NCBI GenBank assembly: GCA_963769935.1
Contig: CAVYNY010000035.1
Coordinates: 96,001 to 160,000, forward strand
From: an uncultured delta proteobacterium
Lineage (GTDB): Bacteria; Desulfobacterota; Desulfobacteria; Desulfobacterales; JAFDCJ01
DNA: 64,000 nt
Direction of reading: 5' to 3'
The notes beneath the pieces are model-generated. The model worked only from the letters and a program-made list of their open reading frames with translations, was not told where the DNA came from and ran no database searches. Below are positions 55,728 to 64,000 of this stretch, piece by piece; within the stretch, counting starts at the first letter, position 1; the number at the start of each line of letters is the position of its first letter. The position numbers and the translations under genes were made by a program.

Positions 55728-56248
55728 TAAAGGCGGTGTCGGAAAAACATCCCTCGTGTATCACCTGGCTTGGATGTTTTCTGAACTCGGCCATACAGTT
55801 GTGGCCGTTGATCTGGACGCTCAGGCCAATTTGACCGCAGCCTATCTCGATGAAGACGAGCTTGAGCGGCTGTGGGAAAATGAAAAAACTCCAACGACGA
55901 TTTATCGGGCCATAGAACCGCTGACTCGGGTGGGGGATATATTAGAGCCCTATGTCGAAAAGGTGACGCAAGGTCTGTATTTAATTCCCGGGGATGTGGC
56001 CTTGGCTTCATTCGAGGACACCTTATCCGAATCTTGGCCGACCAGCATGGGTGATGCCAATTTATATCGCCCCTTTCGTATGCTGTCCGCGTTCTGGCAG
56101 GTCGCACAAATGGCGGCGAAACAGGTAAGCGCGAATATCATCCTGGTGGATGTCGGTCCCAACCTCGGGGCCATCAACCGGTCGGCCCTTATCGCTACCG
56201 ATTAGGTTGCCATTCCCTTGGGAGCCGATCTTTTTTCTCTTCAAGCGA
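55728..56248 (+). pseudogene. ParA/Soj family ATPase fragment
   Basis: KGGVGKTS, VDLDAQANLT, DVGPNLGAINR. Continues past the TAG at 56203 as VAIPLGADLFSLQ. Confidence 0.75.
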
Positions 56249-56567
56249 TTCAGGCGATAATGGCATTAGGTCGGACCACGGTGAATGCTTGACGATTAAT
56301 GATTTATGGTAAAAATCGTACCTTTCTTTTGGGGGCTTAAAGTGATGTTTCTGACACAAAAAAAGGCGGTTTAAGAAAAAGCAAACTACTGGACCTGCAC
56401 CCAACCGCCATTTTTCTTAAAAGCACCTTTTTGATTGTAAAAAGGGCATTCTAAGGCTTGAAAAGGCCCTTGTTTTCAAGCTCATGCCTTAGTTGGCAGC
56501 GCTCTGCCTTGGTCCGACCCCAATTCTTTCTTTGCAGGTATTAAAAACTAAAGAGGGAGACTTAATT

Positions 56568-57308
56568 ATGAGGAAAAAAAAAGAGGAAAAAGAGGAAAAA
56601 GAGGGAAGTTTGTTGAAGGAGCTGTGCGGAGATGATACAAAATTATATAATTTTCTCAGTAGTTGTTTGTATCTAAATCCGTTAGCGGCCATATCCAAAG
56701 AGGATCTCGATATCCTCATAGAAGAGGCGGAAACAAGCGGCAACTTTAGACCGGCAATGGATAAGGCCATTTTCGAATCCGCTCAAGACATGGGGAAAAG
56801 GGAAGGATACATCAAAGTTATCCAAAACCTAGCGTCGAAGAGCATGCACACAACGGAGCAAGAAAAAGAAAAGCTAGAGAAGGAAGGACACACCGATCAA
56901 GCTGCTTCTCTTGAGAGAAAAATTGAAAAAAATAAATTTATGAGTGAAAGAGCCGAAGACATTATAAACGTAGCTTTTAAATTCTACAATGAGATATTGG
57001 TGGAACTGGGGGAAAACACCAGAAGAGAAGAGAGAGGAGAAGAGCGAAGAGGAACTGAATGGGAAGAAAGGAGAATTGAGGGACTTGAAAAGGCGGGGCG
57101 AGAAGCAAGAAAACGAGAAAGAAGAGGGATGGGAAGAAAAGAGAAAAGGGTATCTAAGAAACAAGATAAAAGAGAAGAGCTGGCAGCTAAAGAACGGAAA
57201 GAAGCCAGAGGAGAAGAGAGAAAAGAAGGCGAAAGAGAAGAAAGGAGAATAGGGGAGCTTGAAAAGGCGGGACGAGAAGCAAGAAAAAAAGAAAGAAGGG
57301 GGGATTAA
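56568..57308 (+). CDS. Hypothetical protein with a highly charged E/R/K C-terminal repeat region
   Basis: Purine-rich ORF with RBS GGGAG. EERRI..LEKAGREARK.ERRG occurs twice. Confidence 0.65.
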   Translation: MRKKKEEKEEKEGSLLKELCGDDTKLYNFLSSCLYLNPLAAISKEDLDILIEEAETSGNFRPAMDKAIFESAQDMGKREGYIKVIQNLASKSMHTTEQEKEKLEKEGHTDQAASLERKIEKNKFMSERAEDIINVAFKFYNEILVELGENTRREERGEERRGTEWEERRIEGLEKAGREARKRERRGMGRKEKRVSKKQDKREELAAKERKEARGEERKEGEREERRIGELEKAGREARKKERRGD

Positions 57309-57524
57309 AATTTTGTCCCAAGGAATTTGGGGACATTCCATTGGATTATTGGTTTATTTTTTCTTTGCCCCCGCCCAGCACATCAAGTTCCTGGCCATCA
57401 GTTTCTGAGATCGAGCACTATGGATTGGGGCCGACATTATCGAGGTTGATTACCCTGCGTATCTTATAATCATAAAAAATGATCTTTTCTGATATGCATC
57501 TTTCCCCTCAGGATATCAGCCACA

Positions 57525-57936
57525 TCAAAAACCTGCGATATGTCTGACGTTTGACTGCTTTTTATTAAAATTCAAACTGATTTCTAATTTCTTCGACCTC
57601 ACAACATTTTTACTCCAAATAGTTTATCAGATATCGGAACATGTATAGAGGGCAGTTGTTAAACAGGATTTTGTTTTCGTGAAGAAATTAAGTGGCTCTT
57701 GAAAACCAGTAATGGCAAAACTATCGTAACGATTGTTGGTGAAAATGTACCCAAAAGGAAAAATTATTTTTTGTCGTGGGTTGGTAAATTTATATTTGCA
57801 ATATTCGGATGGGGTTTAAAAAATGAATTTCCCAATATCCCCAAGTTTCTATTGGATTGAGATTGAGGATTTACGTGAAGTTTCTCTTTATTCGCACCTG
57901 AATTTTTCTGAACCTGTGGTCCATTTCTGAGATCAA
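57525..57936. repeat. Bipartite repeat, cargo-filled copy
   Basis: 57525-57550 and 57855-57936 match 61398-61423 and 61430-61511. Confidence 0.75.
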
Positions 57937-58010
57937 TCAATATTTCAGCATCCGACCCGGAGGCTTTGCACGAATGGCCATCAATCTATCAACACAGGGA
58001 GTATCCATTT

Positions 58011-59897
58011 ATGGAGCGAGACAGACTTCAGCAGCGGGTTGAGCGAGCGCGGGCTTTGTCCGTGGCCGGATCTTTGCCGGCAGCGCTTGAAAAGGGTGAT
58101 CTGCCGATTTCAGCCGATATAACCTTGTCGGAAATCATCGTAATCGGGCTATGGGCGCAGGGTGTCAGGAATTTTGTCGGGATCTTTGGGCACGGTTCGA
58201 CGGAGATCGGCGACGTCTTGCGGGTTTATGAAGCCGCCGGCCTGGTAAAGATGTACGCCGTTCGACATGAGACCGCAGCCGTGCATGCGGCCACGGCCCT
58301 GCGCTGGGTGGCCGGCGAGAAGGCAGCGGTGGTGACTTCCATCGGCCCGGGGGCTTTGCATGCCCTGGCCGGAGCCTTGACGCCTGCCAGCAACGGCATC
58401 GGTGTCTGGTTTCTGCTGGGTGACGAGACCACCGAGGATGAAGGTCCTAATATGCAACAAATTCCCCGGGCAGAGCAAAATCTTTTCCTGCGCTTGTTTG
58501 CCGCCATGGGGCCGACATATACACTGCACACACCCGGTGCGGTAAGTACGGCCTTAAGACGCGGTCTGGTGGCAACCGAACACCCTTATCGGCCCGGTCC
58601 TTTTTTCCTGTTGATGCCGATGAACACGCAACCCCTGGTCGTTCCAGGTTTTAATTTAGAAGAAATACCCATAGTCGGGCCTCCGCAGCTGGGGGCGGCG
58701 GCCGACAACGGCACCTATGACGAAGCGGCCGATGCAATCGCAGCGGCCAAGCGGGTGGTAATTAAAATCGGTGGCGGGGCCCGCCTGGCCGGCCCGGAAT
58801 TGCTGGCACTGCTCGAGTTGGCCGATGGCGTGGCGGTCCACAGTCCACTGGCCTCAGGTGTCATTCCTTTTGATCATCCCCGCAACATGACGGTTGGTGG
58901 TTCCAAAGGGTCGCTCAGCGGCAATTTTTCCATGGAAGAGGCCGATTTGCTGGTTGCCTGCGGGACACGCTTCGTATGTCAATCCGACTGCTCAAGGACC
59001 GGCTATCCGAAGGTAAAAAACGTAGTCAACATCAATGGGGACCCCGGCACGGCGACCCATTATGGCAAATGTCGGCCGCTGATTGGAGATATCCCTGCCA
59101 CCCTAAAGCACTTGAACCAGGTTCTAAAATCGAAAACCGCCAAAACATCTCCCAACCCGTCAGAATGGCTCCAAATGTGCCGGGCCAAGCGCCGGGAATG
59201 GGATGCCTTTCGGGAAGAACGGTATCGCACCGCATCTTTATTTGATGAGGCTTGGGGGATGGACGTCCTGACCCAGCCGGCGGCTATTAAAGCGGCTACG
59301 GATTGGGCGCGGGCCAACAACGCGGTGGCCTTTTTTGATGCCGGTGATGTGCAGGCCAACGGTTTTCAGATTGTGGAGGACGACCGCCTGGGCCGAACGT
59401 TTACCGACACAGGGGCCAGCTATATGGGCTTTGCGGTCTCGGCCCTGATGGCTACGGCCATGGCATCCAAGCCGTTTTATGGGCTCGCGCTGACCGGCGA
59501 CGGGTCCTTTACAATGAACCCGCAAATTCTGATCGATGGGATCGCGCATGGGGCCCAGGGTTGTATTCTAATTTTGGATAACCGCCGAATGGGGGCGATT
59601 TCCGGGCTGCAGTCAGCCCAATACGATGCAATTTATGCGACCAGCGATCAGGTCGAAATCGACTATGTCGCCTGGGGCCGAGCGATCAAGGGCGTCATGG
59701 CATTGGACGGTGGCCGGACCACCGAATCGCTGGTCACGGGCTTGGATACAGCCCGGGCTCAGGGCGGACTGGCACTCATTCATGTGCCTGTCTATTTTGG
59801 TCCGGATCCCCTGGGGGACATGGGCGTTTTTGGTCGTTGGAATGTGGGCAACTGGTGTGAGGCGACGCAGACCATGCGGCACAGGATCGGTCTCTAA
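58011..59897 (+). CDS. Thiamine-diphosphate-dependent enzyme, IolD/acetolactate synthase-like
   Basis: GIFGHGST (IolD-like), RHET, TSIGPGA, SYMGF, GDGSFTMN...DNRRMGAI. Confidence 0.8.
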   Translation: MERDRLQQRVERARALSVAGSLPAALEKGDLPISADITLSEIIVIGLWAQGVRNFVGIFGHGSTEIGDVLRVYEAAGLVKMYAVRHETAAVHAATALRWVAGEKAAVVTSIGPGALHALAGALTPASNGIGVWFLLGDETTEDEGPNMQQIPRAEQNLFLRLFAAMGPTYTLHTPGAVSTALRRGLVATEHPYRPGPFFLLMPMNTQPLVVPGFNLEEIPIVGPPQLGAAADNGTYDEAADAIAAAKRVVIKIGGGARLAGPELLALLELADGVAVHSPLASGVIPFDHPRNMTVGGSKGSLSGNFSMEEADLLVACGTRFVCQSDCSRTGYPKVKNVVNINGDPGTATHYGKCRPLIGDIPATLKHLNQVLKSKTAKTSPNPSEWLQMCRAKRREWDAFREERYRTASLFDEAWGMDVLTQPAAIKAATDWARANNAVAFFDAGDVQANGFQIVEDDRLGRTFTDTGASYMGFAVSALMATAMASKPFYGLALTGDGSFTMNPQILIDGIAHGAQGCILILDNRRMGAISGLQSAQYDAIYATSDQVEIDYVAWGRAIKGVMALDGGRTTESLVTGLDTARAQGGLALIHVPVYFGPDPLGDMGVFGRWNVGNWCEATQTMRHRIGL

Positions 59898-59950
59898 ATT
59901 TTGAGCAGATGTCATATTTTTGTTCCGAATGGGTTGCAATCACCAACCGA

Positions 59951-59975
59951 GTAGGGGCGGGTTTTATACCCGCCC
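59951..59975 (+). repeat. GTAG-type REP hairpin
   Basis: GTAG followed by GGGCGGGT-loop-ACCCGCCC. Confidence 0.6.
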
Positions 59976-59981
59976 GCAAAG

Positions 59982-60248
59982 CTTATCGAAGAACACCAGG
60001 AGATTTATATCAAAGGCAAGTCGAAACGGATTGCGCCGGATATTATTAAAAGGGCCGTTCGTCGCCTGGAATATTTAGATTTGGCAACTTGCCTGGAAGA
60101 TTTAAAAGTACCGCCGAGCAATAGGCTGCATGGACTCGAGGGGGACCGAAAAGGGCAATACGCTATATCGATCAATGACCAGTGGCGGATATGCTTCAAA
60201 TTTGTTGATGGCGACGCCGATGAGGTAGAAATAACAGATTACCACTGA
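59982..60248 (+). pseudogene. higB: HigB (RelE-family) toxin, 5'-truncated
   Basis: LEDLKVPPSNRLHGLEGDRKGQYAISINDQWRICFKF...EITDYH. No ATG/GTG/TTG at the expected N-terminus after the in-frame TAG at 59952. Confidence 0.8.
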
Positions 60249-60258
60249 GAGGAAAACA

Positions 60259-60573
60259 ATGATCATACAAAATACGAAACCGCGTGAAATAGCACCGACT
60301 CATCCCGGTGAGATGCTGCGGGAGGATTTCATGCCTGATTATAATCTAACGACGACCGGCCTTGCTGAAAAATTGGGCGTCTCGCGTCAAACTGTAAACG
60401 AGCTGTTGTTGGAGCGCCGGTCGGTGTCTCCAGCCATGGCTTTGAGACTATCCAGGCTGTTTGGAAACACGCCGGAGTTCTGGTTAAATGCACAGCGTGT
60501 GGTGGATCTCTGGAATGCCAAAAAGGAAATCAAACAAGATATTGAAAAAATCAGGCCGCTTCAGGCTGCCTGA
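60259..60573 (+). CDS. higA: HigA family antitoxin
   Basis: PTHPGEMLREDF, LGVSRQTVNEL, MALRLSRLFGNTPEFWLNAQ. Confidence 0.9.
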   Translation: MIIQNTKPREIAPTHPGEMLREDFMPDYNLTTTGLAEKLGVSRQTVNELLLERRSVSPAMALRLSRLFGNTPEFWLNAQRVVDLWNAKKEIKQDIEKIRPLQAA

Positions 60574-60972
60574 TCAAAATCTAATTTGGACAGCTGCTGA
60601 GATTTAAGGCGGATTGTCGCAAATTTAAATAGTGAGCAAAGCGGAGAGGTAAGTCAACTCGGTCAACAACGTCCCCAAGATTTCCCTGGGGAAAGCATTC
60701 ATTCTTTCATTAAAAGAAATTGTTCCTTTCCCTCTTGATGAATTCCCGGAAAAGCCGGAAGCCGGTGCTTTGCTCAAGCCTTTTGGGTTTGAAATAGAAA
60801 CGTTCATTGACGAACCCCAGCTTTACATCCTGGTTGCCACAAAATGCAGGTTCGAGGCGGCAGTTGACAAGGTTGAATAACTGAGTGTGGCTGAAAATCA
60901 AAGACTTTTAGACGGCAAGATGCGTCAGACATCCAAAATATCGAAAATGTAAACTGAAAGGAAACGATTAAG

Positions 60973-61296
60973 ATGAACGAGCAAAGAGACGCCTACGTGC
61001 AAAAGCTGAAAGCTCAATTGGACGAATGGAACGCCGATATCAACAAGCTGGAAGCTAAGGCTGATCAGGCAGAGGCCGGGGCGAAAATCGAGTATCACAA
61101 ACGGATTGATGATTTACGTGCAAGGCTTAAAGAAGTTGGGGATAAGATCGGGGAACTGCAACAGACCGGCGAAGGCGCCTGGGAAGATCTTAAGCAGGGG
61201 CTTGAAAATTCATGGGAAATTCTCAAGTTAAGTTTCATAAAAGCCAAGTCCGAGTTCGAGCGGGGATACAAAGAAGGCAGGGAAGATTCCAAGTAA
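60973..61296 (+). CDS. Small conserved coiled-coil protein
   Basis: YVQKLKAQLDEWNADI..LEAKA...AWEDLKQGLENSW. Confidence 0.75.
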   Translation: MNEQRDAYVQKLKAQLDEWNADINKLEAKADQAEAGAKIEYHKRIDDLRARLKEVGDKIGELQQTGEGAWEDLKQGLENSWEILKLSFIKAKSEFERGYKEGREDSK

Positions 61297-61397
61297 AACG
61301 TTGGTTCCAAAACAACTTATGAAAATTTAATCGAGACTTGAGATTTGATCGTGCTTAATCTGTGATATCCCTCTGTCAGATCGAAAAACCGCCCATC

Positions 61398-61511
61398 TCA
61401 AAAACCTGCGATAATTCTGACGTCTTGTAGATTGAGATTGAGGATTTACACGAAGTTAATCTTTATCTGCACCTAAATTTTTTTGAACCCGCAGTCCATT
61501 GCTGAGATCAA
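61398..61511. repeat. Bipartite repeat, empty copy
   Basis: The same two arms as 57525-57936, separated by only CTTGTA. Confidence 0.75.
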
Positions 61512-61645
61512 AGGTTTACCAAATCGCAAAAAGTACCAGATATCAACGCGGGGTTCATCTGAGAATAGAATTCGGTTCAGCTTCAGCACGGAAGGCGCGA
61601 TCTGAGAACGTCGATACAGCAAATAATCAAGCCCTGTCAAGTCAT

Positions 61646-61900
61646 TTAGATGTAGGCCGCCACATCAACCAGGTCGGCCATGGTGTTGAAGGCCTTGAAC
61701 GCTTCCAGAAAATCGCGGCCGGAAAATCGCTCCGTCGCCCCGTCGACCCGCTCCACGCCCGGCATGTGCAGCACGCGATCAGCGGAAGAGGCCGTGGTGA
61801 AGCGCACCTGCAGTAAGGCCGGGCCGTCAATGCGAAACGGCCGCCATCCAGCGGCCCTTGGCATCGCTCGTTTGGCGCCTTCTATCCAGTCTGGGGTGCC
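61646..61900 (-). pseudogene. C-terminal fragment of a peptidase M55 (DppA-like D-aminopeptidase)
   Basis: EGAKRAM...PFRIDGPALLQVRF...AD..LHMPGVERVDG.T.RFSGRDFLEAFKAF. Confidence 0.55.
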
Positions 61901-61947
61901 CATGGGTTTATAGAACGCAGACGAAGCCGGGCAGAATGCATAGGGGC

Positions 61948-62568
61948 CTATTTTGCTGTGTCGCCGTGAGGTTTGTAAAAAACATGCTCGCCGACCTCGA
62001 CCGTCTTGATGTATTCCGCGGACCAACTGGGGGTTGCTTCGCGCTGGTGGAAATACAATGCGCCACCGGTTCGGTCCGTTAGTTGCCGGTTGAGAGCTTT
62101 TCGAGCTATTTCCTTGGCGATCGCGTATGATTTATCCTCCTCTGCGTCATCCGAACGGCCATCGCACCACCACGAGAACTGGCAGGCACCCTGCTCGCTG
62201 CCTTGCCTGACAACTTCACAAATCGTGTTTGGAAAGCCCTCATGGCCTAGCCGGTTCATAACAACATTGGCGACTGCTTCCATGCCGGCAGCCCCCTCGC
62301 CCCTGGCCTCCCAATAGATGGTGCGTGAAAGACAAGTAATCGCATCGCTCAAGGGCTCTTCGCCGACCGGATCGACCGCCTGCGCTTCAGGCTTCGTGAT
62401 GATCTCGGATGGAGAAGGGAGCGCTTTGCTGCCCCCGGCCGCTGCGTTCTTCTCTAGTACCCCAGCTTTGCTCTCAGCGGTTTCCGCCTTCTGGTCCCGG
62501 TCAGCCGCGATCGCCTGGCCCACGAGAAGGATTGTCGCAAAGCAGGTCGCAATCCATATCCGGCGCAT
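61948..62568 (-). CDS. Cell wall hydrolase, SleB/Hydrolase_2 family
   Basis: CLSRTIYWEARGEG, AVANVVMNR, CQFSWWCDG, GALYFH, GEHVFY. RBS GGAGG. Confidence 0.9.
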   Translation of the reverse strand: MRRIWIATCFATILLVGQAIAADRDQKAETAESKAGVLEKNAAAGGSKALPSPSEIITKPEAQAVDPVGEEPLSDAITCLSRTIYWEARGEGAAGMEAVANVVMNRLGHEGFPNTICEVVRQGSEQGACQFSWWCDGRSDDAEEDKSYAIAKEIARKALNRQLTDRTGGALYFHQREATPSWSAEYIKTVEVGEHVFYKPHGDTAK

Positions 62569-62891
62569 GGTCGAACCTCCTGGATGAATCAAACATGGCC
62601 CCCCGCCCGCACGATATGTCCGACGGGTCATTTCCGCCGGACAAGCAATTATACGGGACTGGATATCATCACCTCCGTAATGTTATTCGTTAAAGTACGC
62701 GATTTCGTGGCACAATAAAGATACATTTAATTCGTGGTTATTTGTGTCCCTTCGTGGCCAACTCATATTTTAAAAGACTAAAATCATATCCGGAATCTAA
62801 TTAACTTGTGTTGCAGGGCTAAAATCGCATAAAATATTGCATTGGACTTAAGCTGTTCCGACGAAAACCCGTGTCAACGTTAATGTATACT

Positions 62892-62993
62892 ATGGAAAAG
62901 ATTGAAAAGGCAAAGTATAATCAGTTGCTGCGCATCGAAGAGGCGCTGGAAACTTCGGCAAAATTTGCAGGAATAAGGGCATTTAAACAATAA
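62892..62993 (+). pseudogene. eno: 33-aa enolase remnant
   Basis: [44 protein letters not shown] is the enolase C-terminal signature. Confidence 0.8.
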
Positions 62994-63013
62994 AAATGGA
63001 GGGAACGAATCCG

Positions 63014-63763
63014 ATGCATAAACTCGTTCTACTGAGACATGGTGAAAGCACCTGGAACAAGGAAAACCTCTTTACGGGTTGGACGGACGTGGACCTTTCA
63101 GATAAGGGCGTCGAAGAGGCCATGGAAGGAGGTCTGGTGCTCAAAGAGCAGGGATATACCTTTGATATCGCCTTCACCTCTGTTTTGAAGCGGGCGATAC
63201 GAACCCTTTGGTTCGTCCTGGACGAATTGGATCTCGTGTGGATTCCTGTGGTGCGGGACTGGCGCCTGAACGAACGACACTACGGCGCTCTGCAAGGTCT
63301 CAACAAAGCTCAAACGGCCGAGAAGTATGGAGACAAACAGGTCCATATTTGGAGGCGAAGCTACGACATCCGTCCCCCGGCCTTGGAGGAAACCGACCCC
63401 CGGAATCCGGCGAAGGATTTGCGTTATAAGGAATTGAAGAAAGAGCAGGTTCCGCTCACAGAATGCCTGAAGGACACAGTGGCACGCTTTCTTCCGTGCT
63501 GGCATGAAGTGATTGCGCCTGCCGTCCGCTCCGGGAAAAAAGTCCTCATCGCCGCCCACGGCAACAGCCTGCGGGCGCTTGTAAAGTATCTCGACAACAT
63601 ACCTGACGATGTGATCCCGGGAGTCAATATTCCTACGGGGATGCCTCTGGTCTACGAGTTGAAAGACGATCTAAAGCCGATACGGAACTATTATCTTGGC
63701 GATCCTGAAAAGGTTAAAAAGGCCATGCAGGCGGTGGCGAACCAGGCCAAAGTCAAGAAGTAG
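63014..63763 (+). CDS. gpmA: 2,3-bisphosphoglycerate-dependent phosphoglycerate mutase
   Basis: [38 protein letters not shown]. Confidence 0.95.
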   Translation: MHKLVLLRHGESTWNKENLFTGWTDVDLSDKGVEEAMEGGLVLKEQGYTFDIAFTSVLKRAIRTLWFVLDELDLVWIPVVRDWRLNERHYGALQGLNKAQTAEKYGDKQVHIWRRSYDIRPPALEETDPRNPAKDLRYKELKKEQVPLTECLKDTVARFLPCWHEVIAPAVRSGKKVLIAAHGNSLRALVKYLDNIPDDVIPGVNIPTGMPLVYELKDDLKPIRNYYLGDPEKVKKAMQAVANQAKVKK

Positions 63764-63765
63764 AA

Positions 63766-63855
63766 CCGCAAGAAAAATTTGCAGATTCGGTAAATGCACT
63801 CGAGCGGGCTCTGGATGCGGTTCAAACCTTAGGTTCAATGGCTGAAAAAAAGACC
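63766..63855 (+). pseudogene. Short fragment paralogous to the C-terminal region of the hybrid kinase at 36657-40257
   Basis: [16 protein letters not shown] versus [16 protein letters not shown] (39976-40023). The match is visible at DNA level. Confidence 0.7.
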
Positions 63856-64000
63856 TTATATTGTGGCCTTAGCTATTCCGTGATAGGGTGCATTAAGATT
63901 TCAACCCACTCCGGATTCCGTCCTGACTTAACACCGCATTCCGGCAGGCAATTTTTTGTATCGGGCCAATACGACCGCTGCCACCAATATCTTTTTTCAA

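Noticed and set aside
60615..60880. Possible methyltransferase C-terminal remnant
   Set aside because: Only a vague match (FGFEIETFIDEPQLYILVA) and no diagnostic motif.
56250..62000. Integron cassette array (TA module and small genes)
   Set aside because: No attC-like RYYYAAC...GTTRRRY structures were found after the genes, and there is no integrase.

Overview
64 kb of bacterial DNA. Gene content and intergenic repeats suggest an anaerobic Desulfobacterota (Desulfobacterales-like) genome; this is an inference. 1-25.4 kb is largely intact metabolism: a polyol/sugar ABC transporter with an EltD-like dehydrogenase, a four-subunit 2-oxoacid:ferredoxin oxidoreductase, an Hsp20 pair, and a GntR-controlled catabolic island (atypical transaldolase, two alanine dehydrogenases, aminotransferase, ETF, ETF:quinone oxidoreductase, dimethylglycine/sarcosine-dehydrogenase-like enzyme, transketolase). 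25.7-44 kb holds a sigma54 regulator with a deletion-collapsed sulfatase operon, envelope genes, a hybrid kinase, an arylsulfatase and a HAD hydrolase. The standout is 44.3-52.2 kb (minus strand): an orphan enediyne-type iterative PKS (PKSE-like KS-AT-ACP-ACP*-KR-DH-PPTase) with two E10-like hot-dog thioesterases apparently fused at its C-terminus and no E3/E4/E5 cassette next to it. 55-64 kb is a patchwork of gene fragments (defence-island remnants, decapitated HigB, a 33-aa enolase remnant) plus a bipartite repeat with variable cargo. The frameshifts I could resolve after 23 kb are single-base insertions and are probably sequencing errors. All family assignments come from recalled motifs, not database searches.
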